Shown: in pieces, positions 50,869 through 60,914 of the stretch
Layout: each line of letters opens with the position of its first letter
How positions within the stretch are numbered: the stretch's first letter is position 1
Source of the DNA: an uncultured Gemmatimonadales bacterium
GTDB lineage: Bacteria; Gemmatimonadota; Gemmatimonadetes; Gemmatimonadales; Gemmatimonadaceae
Direction of reading: 5' to 3'
NCBI GenBank assembly: GCA_963793305.1
Contig: CAWBZV010000010.1
Coordinates: 64,001-128,000, forward strand
Length of the DNA stretch: 64,000 nt
Notes under the pieces: model-generated
What the model saw: the letters and a program-made list of their open reading frames with translations, nothing else
Databases searched by the model: none
What the model was told of the DNA's origin: nothing
Made by a program: the position numbers and the translations under genes

Positions 50869-52104
50869 ATGCCAGATGTCCTCACACCGCCACGAACCGT
50901 CGTACCACCGGCACCACCAGCCACGGCGACTGAACGCCGGCCCAAGCGACCCGCCCGTAGGCGCTGGCTCGCTGTCGTCGCGCTGATTGTCGTCGTGGGC
51001 GCCGTTCTCGTATGGTGGAGTACGCATTGCACGCCCACGGTCCGCTACACGACCGTGGCGGTCACCCGGGGCGACGTCACGCGTGCCGTGACCGCGACCG
51101 GCACCGTCAATCCGGTCCTGACGATTATCGTCGGTTCGTACGTCTCCGGCGTGATCCAGCAGTTGTATTGCGATTTCAACACGCGGGTCAAGAAAGGACA
51201 GATCTGCGCCAAGATCGATCCACGCCCGTACCAAACGGCGGTCGATCAGGCCCGCGCGGATCTCGCGACCGCCAAGGCGCAGCTGATCAAGGACCGCGCG
51301 AATCTGTCGTATGCCAGCATCACGTTCGAGCGGAACGTCACGCTGCAACAGCACGATTACGTGACGCGCGACGCGCTCGACAACTCGAAAGACCTCTACG
51401 ATCAGGCCCAAGCGCAGATGGCGCTCGACTCGGCCACCATCGCCCAGCGCCAGGCCGGGCTCGAGGCCGCGCAGATCAATCTGGGCTACACCGATATCGT
51501 CTCGCCGGTCAACGGGACGGTCGTCTCCCGCAATGTCACAATGGGGCAGACCGTCGCCGCGAGCTTTCAGACGCCGACGTTATTCCTGATCGCGACCGAC
51601 CTCACGAAGATGGAGGTGGACGCGAACATCAGTGAGAGCGACATTGGCGGCACGAAGGAAGGCGACACCGCCACGTTCACTGTCGAAGCGTTCCCGGATC
51701 GCGTCTTCGCCGGTGTCGTCGCTCAGGTCCGTCAGTCTCCACAGACGGTACAGAACGTCGTGACCTACGACGTCGTGGTAACGGCGGCCAACGCCGACCT
51801 CGCCCTCAAGCCCGGCATGACCGCGACAACGCGGATCGTGACCGCCCGTCGCCGTAATGCTCCTCGAGTTCCCGATCAGGCACTGCGGTATGTGCCCGGC
51901 GGATTCCGCGCAGCGTCAACCGGGCCCGCTTCCGCCGCGCACCTTTGGGTGCTACGCCAAGGGCAACCCGTTCGCGTGAATGCCACCCTCGGTCTCGACG
52001 ACGACACGAACACGGAGATCATTGGGAGCGCGCTCGAGCCGGATGATCGGGTCATCGTGTCCGAGCAGCAGAGCGCCAAGGCGGCGCCCGGCCCGCGGCT
52101 CTGA
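50869..52104 (+). CDS. macA: Periplasmic adaptor (MacA-like membrane fusion protein)
   Basis: TM anchor, ATGTVNPV...VGS.VSG, I.SPVNG.V, GQTVAASFQTPTLF, LKPGMTA. Confidence 0.85.
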   Translation: MPDVLTPPRTVVPPAPPATATERRPKRPARRRWLAVVALIVVVGAVLVWWSTHCTPTVRYTTVAVTRGDVTRAVTATGTVNPVLTIIVGSYVSGVIQQLYCDFNTRVKKGQICAKIDPRPYQTAVDQARADLATAKAQLIKDRANLSYASITFERNVTLQQHDYVTRDALDNSKDLYDQAQAQMALDSATIAQRQAGLEAAQINLGYTDIVSPVNGTVVSRNVTMGQTVAASFQTPTLFLIATDLTKMEVDANISESDIGGTKEGDTATFTVEAFPDRVFAGVVAQVRQSPQTVQNVVTYDVVVTAANADLALKPGMTATTRIVTARRRNAPRVPDQALRYVPGGFRAASTGPASAAHLWVLRQGQPVRVNATLGLDDDTNTEIIGSALEPDDRVIVSEQQSAKAAPGPRL

Positions 52105-52106
52105 CG

Positions 52107-54167
52107 ATGTTGATCGAGCTCAAAGACATCACGCGCGTGTACCACACCGGCGACGTTGATGTGCGGGCGCTCGCTGGGGTGAGCCTCGCGATCGATCGCG
52201 GCGAGTTCGTCGCGATCATCGGCTCATCCGGATCCGGCAAGTCGACGCTCATGTCGATTCTCGGGTGCCTCGATCGGCCGACGAACGGCCAGTATCTCCT
52301 GAACGGCGTCGATGTCGCCCGGCTCACCGAGCCCGAGCTCGCGCGGATCCGCAGCGAGCAACTCGGATTCGTATTTCAGAGCTTCAATCTGCTGCCGCGC
52401 ACGAGCGCCATCGAGAACGCCGCGTTGCCGCTGTTCTATTCGCCGGGCGCGTCGTCGGGTCGACAGTTCCGGTTCGCGCGTGCCGGCGCGGCGCTGCAGC
52501 GACTCGGGCTCGCGGGCCGCGAGCACAATACGCCCGGTCAGCTCTCCGGCGGACAGCAGCAGCGGGTCGCCATCGCCCGGGCGCTGATCAACTCGCCCAG
52601 CCTCCTCCTCGCCGACGAGCCCACCGGGAATCTCGATACGCGAACCTCGCACGAGATCATGGAGACGGTGACCGCGCTCAATCGCCAGCAGGACGTCACC
52701 GTCATCGTCGTCACCCACGAGGCGGATATCGCGGCCTATGCCGATCGCGTGATCACGATGCGCGATGGGCTCATGGTCTCTGATGAGCGCATTCGGCCGG
52801 CGCACGTGCCAGCCACGGCATCCGCGGCGCAGTCAACCGATGATGGCGCGAGCTCACCTTGGGCGTTCGGCCTGATGATCGGCTCTGCCGCGATCCAGGC
52901 CATCGCCCGCAACGCCATGCGCTCGGCGCTCACGATGCTCGGCGTGTTCATTGGCGTGGCCGCGCTGATCGCGATGGTCGCCGTCGGACAAGGGGCGAAC
53001 GAGGCCGTCCGCAAGCAGATCGAGAGCCTGGGCACGAACCTCCTGGTGGTATTGCCGGGCGCGACCACGATGGGCGGTGTGCGCGCCGGGTCCGGCAGCG
53101 CTTCGACCCTCACGGTCGCGGACGCCCAAGCCATCCGGCGGGAAGATCCGGCCGTTGGTCAGGTGAGCTATCTCATCCGACAGCTCGGCCAGGTCCAGTA
53201 CGGCAGCCAGAACTGGAGCACCCAGGTTCAGGGCGTCACGCCCAACTATCCACCGACTACGAATTGGCGGATCGCCGCCGGCCGCGCGATGACGAAGGAC
53301 GACGATGACAACGCCACGCTCGTCGTCTTGATCGGGCAGACCGTCTACACCCAGCTCTTCGCGCCCTCCGAGAATCCCGTCGGAGCCAATGTGCTGGTGA
53401 AGGGTGTACCGATGCGCGTGATCGGCGTCCTCGAAGGCAAGGGGCAGTCCGCATACGGAACGGACCAGGATGACCTCGTGATGATTCCGTTCACGACGGC
53501 CGAGCGGAAAGTGTTGGGGGTCGCGGCGCCGAGTCAACAACAGACGCCGCCGAACTGGGAGTATGTCACGCCGGTGAACCCGTATGGCATCCAGCCCCGA
53601 CTCACCGGATTCGTGAACCAGTTATACGTGCAGGCGGCGAGCCCGACGGAAGTCGACGCGGCCGTCGACCAAGTGACGGAGACGCTCGCGCGCCGGCATC
53701 AGATCAAGGCCGGCGAGATCAATGATTTCAGCGTCCGCAATCTGAGTCAGATCGCGAGCACGGCGGAGGGCTCGAGCCACATCATGGCCATCCTGCTCGC
53801 CGCAGTGGCGTCGATTTCCCTGCTCGTGGGTGGCATCGGAATCATGAACATCTTGCTCGTGTCCGTCACCGAGCGCACGCGCGAGATCGGATTGCGGATG
53901 GCGATCGGCGCGCGGCGGTTACACGTGTTGCTGCAGTTCCTCGGAGAGGCCGTGATCTTGAGCGTCGTCGGCGGCATCGCCGGTATTCTGTTTGGCGCCG
54001 CGGCGTCCGTGACCATCTCCGTGGTGGCCGGTTGGCCGGCGCCGATCTCCGCCGTGGCGATTCTAGGCGGATTCGCGTTCTCCGCCGCCGTGGGCATCTT
54101 CTTCGGCTACTACCCCGCCCGGAAGGCCGCCCGTCTCGATCCGATCGAGGCGCTGCGTTACGAATAG
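52107..54167 (+). CDS. macB: MacB-like fused ABC ATPase/permease
   Basis: [56 protein letters not shown]. Confidence 0.9.
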   Translation: MLIELKDITRVYHTGDVDVRALAGVSLAIDRGEFVAIIGSSGSGKSTLMSILGCLDRPTNGQYLLNGVDVARLTEPELARIRSEQLGFVFQSFNLLPRTSAIENAALPLFYSPGASSGRQFRFARAGAALQRLGLAGREHNTPGQLSGGQQQRVAIARALINSPSLLLADEPTGNLDTRTSHEIMETVTALNRQQDVTVIVVTHEADIAAYADRVITMRDGLMVSDERIRPAHVPATASAAQSTDDGASSPWAFGLMIGSAAIQAIARNAMRSALTMLGVFIGVAALIAMVAVGQGANEAVRKQIESLGTNLLVVLPGATTMGGVRAGSGSASTLTVADAQAIRREDPAVGQVSYLIRQLGQVQYGSQNWSTQVQGVTPNYPPTTNWRIAAGRAMTKDDDDNATLVVLIGQTVYTQLFAPSENPVGANVLVKGVPMRVIGVLEGKGQSAYGTDQDDLVMIPFTTAERKVLGVAAPSQQQTPPNWEYVTPVNPYGIQPRLTGFVNQLYVQAASPTEVDAAVDQVTETLARRHQIKAGEINDFSVRNLSQIASTAEGSSHIMAILLAAVASISLLVGGIGIMNILLVSVTERTREIGLRMAIGARRLHVLLQFLGEAVILSVVGGIAGILFGAAASVTISVVAGWPAPISAVAILGGFAFSAAVGIFFGYYPARKAARLDPIEALRYE

Positions 54168-54195
54168 GACGGCACGACGGGGACGCCGGGTCTCG

Positions 54196-54864
54196 TCACC
54201 ATGCCGCCTCCGGGACGCGCGCCGCGGTCAGATGATGCGCCAACCAGCTGCTCGCCAATCGGGCGACTTCATCGAGCGCGCCGGGCTCCGGAAAGAGGTG
54301 GGTCGCCCCGGGAATGATCACCATTTCCTTCTCACAGCGCATGCGACGGAACGCCTGGGCGTTCAGCTCGATCACGTGGGCATTGGCGCCTCCGACGATC
54401 AACAGGGTCGGCGTCTGCAACGCCTCGAGCGCATCGTCCGCGAGATCAGGTCGGCCCCCGCGCGACACGATCGCGCGCACGATACCCGCCCGCCCGGTCG
54501 CGGCGCGGATCGCGGCCGCCGCGCCGGTGCTGGCGCCGAAGTACCCAATCGAGTCGCGCGCGAGGGCTTCCTGACGCAACCAGTCCGTCGCGGCACCGAG
54601 CCGGAATCCGAGCAGCGTGGTGTCGAACCGGAGGTGGCCGGTCGACGCATCGACGCGCTCCTCTTCGGGCGTGAGGAGATCGAAGAGCAGCGTCGCGAGC
54701 CCCGCCTCATTCAGCACCCGCGCCACGAATTGATTGCGGGTGGAGTGGCGACCGCTCCCGCTGCCGTGCGCGAACAACACGGTTCCCGCCGCGTTGTCCG
54801 GAACCGTCAAATGCCCGTCGAGGCACAGGCCGTCGATCTTGATGGATACGTTTTGTCTAAGCAT
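54196..54864 (-). CDS. Dienelactone-hydrolase-like alpha/beta hydrolase
   Basis: FAHGSGS.RHS.RN, GYFGASTG, VSRGGRPDL, PGATHLF.EPG. Confidence 0.9.
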   Translation of the reverse strand: MLRQNVSIKIDGLCLDGHLTVPDNAAGTVLFAHGSGSGRHSTRNQFVARVLNEAGLATLLFDLLTPEEERVDASTGHLRFDTTLLGFRLGAATDWLRQEALARDSIGYFGASTGAAAAIRAATGRAGIVRAIVSRGGRPDLADDALEALQTPTLLIVGGANAHVIELNAQAFRRMRCEKEMVIIPGATHLFPEPGALDEVARLASSWLAHHLTAARVPEAAW

Positions 54865-56351
54865 GTTGCCTCCCTTGCAGCGCACGGTCGAGCCGTGCAT
54901 TGTGGCCGTAGACGTTCTGGATAGAACGCCACAGTGCCGTCGGGCCACACGACGGTCGTCGCGTAGAAGATCAGAACCGGAATCGGCCGGGCCAGCTCGA
55001 CCTCGAACGGGCGGTCGCCGTTCATGGCCGAGTCGATGCGATCGCGCGTCCATCCGACGTTGTCGCGTAATACGTACTCGGCCAGCCTCGCCGGGTCCTG
55101 CACGCGAATACAACCATGGCTGAAATCGCGCCGCGTCCTGAGGAAGAGCTCCGTCGCTGGCGTTCCGTGCATGTAGATATCGAGATCGTTCGGGAACTCG
55201 AACTTCACGAGACCCAGCGCATTGCCGGGCCCAGGCCGCTGCCGAACGCGGATCGCGCCGGATACCAGGCCGGGGATGGCCTTGGCCAGTGGGACGTTGG
55301 GCACGAGCTCCATGTCGTTCTCATCCAGATAGCGCGGGTTTCGGCGGAGCTCAGGAACGATTTCCCGGCGCGCAATCGATCGAGGAACGTCCCAGTACGG
55401 GCGAAACACGACCGACCGCATCGTCTCATCGAGCACCGGTGTCTGCTTCCGAAGCGCCTGGCCGACGATCGCGTTCATCGCCAGCGTCGGTGCCGCATCG
55501 GATTGGATTGAATCGAGCGCCCAGAGGCGGAAGGCGGGAATGTCCACGACGATCACCTGGGTCGTGTCGCGGTCCGGCACCCACCGAAGGCGCTCGAGCG
55601 CCAGCTCCAGTCGTCGCACGTACCACGACGCCGGCGCGCGAAGGGCCGCCATGGTCTCGGGTCCGATGACGCCGCTCGAATCCAGTCCGCGTCGCCTTTG
55701 GAACGTGCGCACGCCGCGCACGAGCGCCTCGTCATAGGTACTGTCGGTCATTGGAGCAACCGATGGGAGATCGCCGAGCGCGATGAGCCATCGATTCAGC
55801 GCATCGGCAGACGGCATTGGGTCGCCTGGATGGATCGTTCGCCGTGGGAGGTGCACTGGGCCGACGGTGGAGTCCTGAGCGAGCTCGCGATAGAAGGCCA
55901 GCGCGGACTCAATGTGGCGGTATTGCGCGAGGCGTGGCTCCGCGTGGCCGAACGCATCGGCGATCCGTCCGGTCGCGAGCGCTTCGCTCGCGAGCGCGGT
56001 CATGTCACACGCCTGGCGTTTGCCACGGAGGCGATAGCCGAGATCGGCGGGGTCGATTCGCCCCACATGCAGATCGCAGAGCGCGGCCTCGAACACCGCC
56101 GATAGACCCGCGTCGAACTCGGCCAGGACCGAGTCGCTCTGCCGCGGCCCAAAGTCCAATGTGGCGGCCACCTCCCGCCAGTGCGCGGCGTCATAGTCCG
56201 CCGGATCGAGGCCGCGACTATCGATGGTGAGCAGGTTCGCGATCAGCGCGTGGGCGGCCGCGTTGGGCCGGCCGGCCGCATCGAACCACAGCGGGCGATA
56301 GCCGGTGTCAACCGGTATGACCAAGACGAAGATGGCGAGGAGTCGAGTCAT
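54857..56351 (-). CDS. L,D-transpeptidase (YcbB/LdtD-like); frameshift near 54915
   Basis: PG-binding FQ.R.GL...G.IG, PYWDVP.SI, NALG.VKF.FPN, YMHGTP, SHGCIRV; corrected end YPDVYGH...HA*. Confidence 0.9.
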
Positions 56352-56385
56352 ACGGCCTCAATATCGACCCCCTCCCACTGGACAT

Positions 56386-56404
56386 TGTCAGGCATTGCCC
56401 GACA
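56386..56404. promoter_or_regulatory. 19-bp palindromic operator
   Basis: T-GTCAGG-CATTG-CCCGAC-A between the divergent transpeptidase and DUF4389 genes. Confidence 0.7.
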
Positions 56405-56486
56405 CGGTGAGCGGAGTCCCTGGACACCGCCCGATGCTGGCCGATCGTAACATGGAGCCCATGAAAACTCTCGCTCGCCTCCCCGT

Positions 56487-57137
56487 ATGAGCGACGCGTA
56501 TCCAGTCGAGGTGCACGTCGAGTCGGCCACGGAGAATCGCAACCGACTCACGACGGCTTTCCGCTTGATCCTCGGATTGCCCCATCTGATCCTCGTCGGA
56601 GGACCCGCGGCGGCGGTGCTCTCGTGGACCTCGCGGCCGCACGCCGGCCAGGATCACATCACGTGGAGCGCGGGCGGCGGACTGCTCGGCGCCGTCGCCG
56701 TCATGGCCGCGATCATCGCGTGGTTCGCGATCGTGTTCACGGGGAAAGCGCCGCAAGGGCTGTGGGACCTCGCTGCGTTCTATCTCCGCTGGCGCACCCG
56801 CGCGATCACGTACCTGGCGTTGCTGCGCGACGAGTACCCGCCGTTCGGCGACGGACCATATCCCGTTACGCTTGATCTCACCGGGCCCGATGTGCCACGA
56901 GACCGCGTGAAGATCGGCTTTCGGATCATCCTCGCTATTCCACAGCTCATCGTGCTGTGGCTCCTCGGCATTGGCTGGGCGTGCGCGACCGTGATCGCGT
57001 GGTTCGCGATTCTCCTGACTGGTCGGTACCCCGAGACGCTGTATCGCTTCGGCGTCGGCGCGTTGCGGTGGAATCTGCGGGTCGACGCCTATCTGTTGCT
57101 CGTCACCGATGCATACCCACCGTTCTCGCTCGACTGA
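56487..57137 (+). CDS. Tandem DUF4389 membrane protein
   Basis: Two repeats FR.IL..P...WFAI..TG..P..L....LRW..R...Y..L..D.YPPF. Confidence 0.88.
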   Translation: MSDAYPVEVHVESATENRNRLTTAFRLILGLPHLILVGGPAAAVLSWTSRPHAGQDHITWSAGGGLLGAVAVMAAIIAWFAIVFTGKAPQGLWDLAAFYLRWRTRAITYLALLRDEYPPFGDGPYPVTLDLTGPDVPRDRVKIGFRIILAIPQLIVLWLLGIGWACATVIAWFAILLTGRYPETLYRFGVGALRWNLRVDAYLLLVTDAYPPFSLD

Positions 57138-57147
57138 CGGCGCGCTC

Positions 57148-57605
57148 TTGCCGATCGCCCTGCCCAAACCGGCACTGCAAGGTGGCACAACGGTGGCGTG
57201 GGGGTTGCTCCTCCGACGCACCGTTCGCGAGATCAGCGACAGCGCTAGCAGGCGTTCGAGCATCGTCTGCTGCCGGTCGTCGCGCACGACCTTCGACCGC
57301 TCGCGATCGGCCACGGCCAATCCACGATCAGCGACGAGGCGCCCGTTCGCCTGATTTTCGTTGCCGACATCGACAAGCTGGCGCACACGGCGGGGTATCA
57401 AGAGCCGGGTCTCCGCGATCCGGAGGTCCAGCGGTCCTAGTATTACGTCGACACCGGCCTCATTGCGGCGAACGTGTATCTGTTCGCTGCCTCGACCGGG
57501 CTCGCGGCCTGGTTTCACAACTGCGACAAGCCCGCGCTCACCTCAGCGCTTCATCTTCGCGCTCAGTCGCATTGCCTCAGCGACTCTTTCGAGTCGAGGC
57601 CGTAG
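57148..57605 (+). pseudogene. SagB/ThcOx-type nitroreductase remnant
   Basis: IALPKP..QGG...RRTVREIS, then in a second frame APVRLIFVAD...QRS*YYVDTGLIAANVYLFAAS.GL; in-frame TAG at 57438 and an internal segment missing. Confidence 0.75.
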
Positions 57606-57654
57606 CGGAGAATGCGCGACAGCGTGTGAATGGCTTACTGGCACCGGCAATCAG

Positions 57655-58155
57655 CTACCACTTGCTGTCGCGGATGCCGATCCAATACGCCACCTGATCA
57701 ACGGCGACGTGGCCGGCGAAGCTCATCACGAGGACGACGGCCACGTCGGCCCAGGTGAACATCGCGAACGGCCACACGAGTGCGAGGGCGCCGATCACGA
57801 AATCGAGCTGATCCGCCGGCATCCAACGCGCGCCGGGCGGGATGCCGATCCGGCGCTTGACGGCGCTCTTGAGGGCGTCGCCGCCCAGAGCGCCCATGCC
57901 GAACAAGATGCCGACGGCAAGCCAGGATGAGTCTCGAATGAGCCACCCGGACCAGTCCAGTCGGTGTTGGAGGTACACGACGACGATGGCGACAATCACG
58001 CCGGCGGCAAACCCGATCACCGTCTTGTGCGCTCCGAACCAGCGCGCATTGATCGGGCGATTCCACCACGGCCAGTACTTGACGAACGGAGGCGCCATGT
58101 TCGCCGCGTATGCCGGCGTCATCGCGAATGCCAGCTGCGCGAGGCGATACAGCAC
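57655..58155 (-). CDS. CarS-like (CDP-archaeol synthase family, DUF46) membrane protein
   Basis: PAYAANMAP, FG.HKT..GF, GD..KS..KRR.GI.PG, DQLDF. Confidence 0.8.
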   Translation of the reverse strand: MLYRLAQLAFAMTPAYAANMAPPFVKYWPWWNRPINARWFGAHKTVIGFAAGVIVAIVVVYLQHRLDWSGWLIRDSSWLAVGILFGMGALGGDALKSAVKRRIGIPPGARWMPADQLDFVIGALALVWPFAMFTWADVAVVLVMSFAGHVAVDQVAYWIGIRDSKW

Positions 58156-58159
58156 GCTG

Positions 58160-59092
58160 TCAGCGATTCGGCGGCGCGACCAGCACCGAGCACCCCGCAC
58201 GCCGCAGCACGCCGTCGGCCACGCTACCGAGTCGCAACCGCTCGACGAACCCCTTGCCGTGCGTCCCGAGTGCGATCAGCTCGACGCCGTGCGCTTCGCA
58301 GAACGCCGACAGCGCGTGCACGGGATCGCCCTCGAGCAGGTGCACGGTGAGCAGGCGGGGCGCACTCACGGACAGAGCGTCAGCCCACGCGGCAAGGCGC
58401 GACCGGAGCGCATCAGTCGCCGGCCCGACGTGGAGGACGTGCACACGGGCGTCGTCGCTGGCGAGCTCCAGCGCGACGTGAGCCGCCTGAGTTGCCGCAG
58501 GCTCGAAATCTGTCGCGAGCGCGACAACAGTCGTCCGGACCTGTGCGTCTGGCGCGACGGCGAGGACCGGCGTGTGAGCGTAATGGATGACGCCGATCGC
58601 CGTCTCGAGACCGAGCAGGCGGTCGACGGTCGTGTGCTCCCCAATGCCGACCACGATCAGCGATGCCGCGACTGCCTCCGCGTGGGCGGTGATCCCCTCG
58701 GCCGGCGCACCAGTCTCGACCCGGACGCGGGCCACGACCCCCGGCACGCTGTCCTCGACCTGTCGGCGGACGCGCGCGGCGGTGGCCTTTGCCGCGGCGT
58801 CATGGACAGCTTCGACGTACCGGACGTACGCGATGCCCGGAGTCAGCGCCGGCCGAAGAACCGCCACAACATCCAGTAGGCGACGAGTGCGGAAGGCGAA
58901 CATGCCACCGACTCGTATCGCGGCGTCAGAGCTCGGATCGCCACACGTGGCGACGACGACCGGTCCGCCGGCCGCGGAGACGTCCCGGACGGCAGCGACT
59001 TCGTTATCGGCCGACGATTCGCTGCTCACTGACCGACGGTTCCATTTGACCTTGGCCAGCACATCCCTTTCCAGATTCGCATCCGTTGTCAT
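58160..59092 (-). CDS. Universal stress protein with BON-like N-terminal stub
   Basis: VVATCG, LLGLETA, LATDF, IALGTHG...LGSVADGVLR; N-terminus MTTDANLERDVL. Confidence 0.85.
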   Translation of the reverse strand: MTTDANLERDVLAKVKWNRRSVSSESSADNEVAAVRDVSAAGGPVVVATCGDPSSDAAIRVGGMFAFRTRRLLDVVAVLRPALTPGIAYVRYVEAVHDAAAKATAARVRRQVEDSVPGVVARVRVETGAPAEGITAHAEAVAASLIVVGIGEHTTVDRLLGLETAIGVIHYAHTPVLAVAPDAQVRTTVVALATDFEPAATQAAHVALELASDDARVHVLHVGPATDALRSRLAAWADALSVSAPRLLTVHLLEGDPVHALSAFCEAHGVELIALGTHGKGFVERLRLGSVADGVLRRAGCSVLVAPPNR

Positions 59093-59251
59093 CGCAATAT
59101 CCTCGCTCCAATGTCTGATGGACGCCAAGCGTCACCACGCGCCCGCCGGAGTGCGCGAGGACGTCCATTCGATCGGCCAGCGGGGTGATGGGGATGGAAC
59201 GCCGCACCTCGCGGGACATCTCCTCTAAGAGCTGATGCATGATCTCCGTCG

Positions 59252-60505
59252 TCATGGCGCAAATGTCATGAGAGTCGAGCCCAAACCGCTTCGCACGTGG
59301 AGCGCCTCGTCACGCCCGTTGGACCGAGTCACGAGTCCCAACGACTCGACATTGGCGATCGTGCGCGTCAGATGGCGTCTTCCCTCTCCATCGTCGTTCA
59401 ACATGAGATCGACCCGGCGGTCGCGATGATCGTAGGCCGCGCCGCGGAACGTGAGACCGACACCCTGAACTTGCGCTCCAATCGTCGGGTCGTCGATTTC
59501 GATATTGACCCGTCTCCCGGCATTCCGGGCCGTCACGCCGTCGAGCAACCTGCTCCACATCTCCCGATCGCTCGTGGACACACTCCCCATCGCACGACGC
59601 AGTGCGAGTGCCTCGGTGGGAAGCGGCGGAGGGCTCGCGAGGACCGTGCACACCGCTCCGTGGAGCAGGCCCGTCGCTGAACTGCCAACGAACAGGCGCT
59701 CGAGGATCGTCGGACCATGGGTACCGACCGCGATCAGGTCCACGTTCGAGTCGTGCGCGCATTGCAGGACGTGCTCGACGACCGCGCCGCGCGCCACGCG
59801 GGTATCGATCGTCACGTTCTCCGGCGCCTGCGCTTTGAGCACGAGCAGCAGCCGATCGAATGCCTTGCTCATCTCGTCGATGGCGCCGAGCTCGGGCACG
59901 GGCCGGACGTGCAGCAGCGTCAGCGCACCGCCCGGCTCGAGGAGCTGCAGCGCGATCTCCGCCGCGCGAACGCTGGGAGGCGCGAAGTCGACCGCGACGA
60001 TCGCTCGATGGACAATGCCGTTCCATTGAGGAGCCACGGACAGCACCGGGCAGTCCGCGAACCGCAAAACGTGCGCGGCCCGTTCGCCCGCGATGGTCGA
60101 CCACGGTCGATGGTGCGGGTGAGCCGCCAATACAATGAGGCTCGCGCGGTGCTCGTGCGCGAGTCCGGCGATGCCTCGAGCCACCGACCCGTACAGCATC
60201 TGCAGGGACCATTCGTCACTTCCGAGGCCGAACGCGGTCACCCAGCGCCGCACATGCGCCTCACGCGCTCCGCGCTGGAGCTCGTCCATGAACATGGGGA
60301 GCGCGACATCTCCGGTGCCGTAAATCGGCAAGGGCTCCAAGACCGTCGCGACCTCGAGCGGCTGCTTCAGCCGCGTAGCCAGCCGCCGGGCGGTTACGAG
60401 CGACGCATGGGTCCGATCGGCGCCGTCTGTCGCCAGAACAACTGGGCCGGCACGCAGCGCAGACTGACGTGTTTTTGCTTGGGTCTGCTCCACTGTCGTT
60501 GACAC
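59252..60505 (-). CDS. Tandem USP with DUF5335-like C-terminal domain
   Basis: Full-length paralog of 34096-35334. Confidence 0.87.
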   Translation of the reverse strand: MSTTVEQTQAKTRQSALRAGPVVLATDGADRTHASLVTARRLATRLKQPLEVATVLEPLPIYGTGDVALPMFMDELQRGAREAHVRRWVTAFGLGSDEWSLQMLYGSVARGIAGLAHEHRASLIVLAAHPHHRPWSTIAGERAAHVLRFADCPVLSVAPQWNGIVHRAIVAVDFAPPSVRAAEIALQLLEPGGALTLLHVRPVPELGAIDEMSKAFDRLLLVLKAQAPENVTIDTRVARGAVVEHVLQCAHDSNVDLIAVGTHGPTILERLFVGSSATGLLHGAVCTVLASPPPLPTEALALRRAMGSVSTSDREMWSRLLDGVTARNAGRRVNIEIDDPTIGAQVQGVGLTFRGAAYDHRDRRVDLMLNDDGEGRRHLTRTIANVESLGLVTRSNGRDEALHVRSGLGSTLMTFAP

Positions 60506-60560
60506 GGGTCACCAACCATTAGAAGGTGCCCTCAGGATGCAGCGGAGAGGCTCGCGAAGA

Positions 60561-60602
60561 TGTCGGCTAAGGGCCTGACAGCGCGTCGGGGACTTGCTGA
60601 CA
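60561..60602. promoter_or_regulatory. Two tandem operators
   Basis: TGTCGGC-TAAGGG-CCTGACA (60561, six-base spacer) and C-GTCGGG-GACTT-GCTGAC-A (60584); right arms are 22 bp apart. Confidence 0.65.
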
Positions 60603-60623
60603 CCGACCACCGCTCCGCGAGGA

Positions 60624-60824
60624 TCACTTGCGTTGCGCCGTTGCGGCGGCGCGTCCCAGTTCATCCAGCATGCGGTGATACGTCGCCGCATCGATTTCGC
60701 CGCGCGCGTATCGGCTCTTGACGATCTCGATCGGGTCCGCGGTGCGCGAGGCGCGCAGACGCTGGAGGATCACCCACGCGATGGCGATCGCGAGCACCAG
60801 CCAAGCGCCCCAGAGAAAGATCAT
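60624..60824 (-). CDS. Small SHOCT-domain membrane protein
   Basis: TM helix plus PIEIVKSRYARGEID...Y; GGAG RBS. Confidence 0.8.
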   Translation of the reverse strand: MIFLWGAWLVLAIAIAWVILQRLRASRTADPIEIVKSRYARGEIDAATYHRMLDELGRAAATAQRK

Positions 60825-60914
60825 CCCTCTCCCCCATGCATCCCGGCACGCCGGGTACCAGAATGGGTTGCAGCATAGGGCGAAGCAGGATCAGGATCCC
60901 GCGACCGGCTTGCG

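Noticed and set aside
47978..54167. Macrolide resistance locus (erythromycin esterase family plus MacAB)
   Set aside because: The esterase is of the widespread Rv2030c-like type paired with a phosphoribosyltransferase, and MacB-family substrates vary; resistance is not supported
20120..54917. Programmed ribosomal frameshifting as the cause of split genes
   Set aside because: No slippery heptamers were seen, the gene families are unrelated, and a shared sequence context points to sequencing error
59004..59255. 83-aa ORF coupled to the USP stop codon
   Set aside because: No recognisable domain, and it overlaps the next gene; possibly a remnant but not supportable
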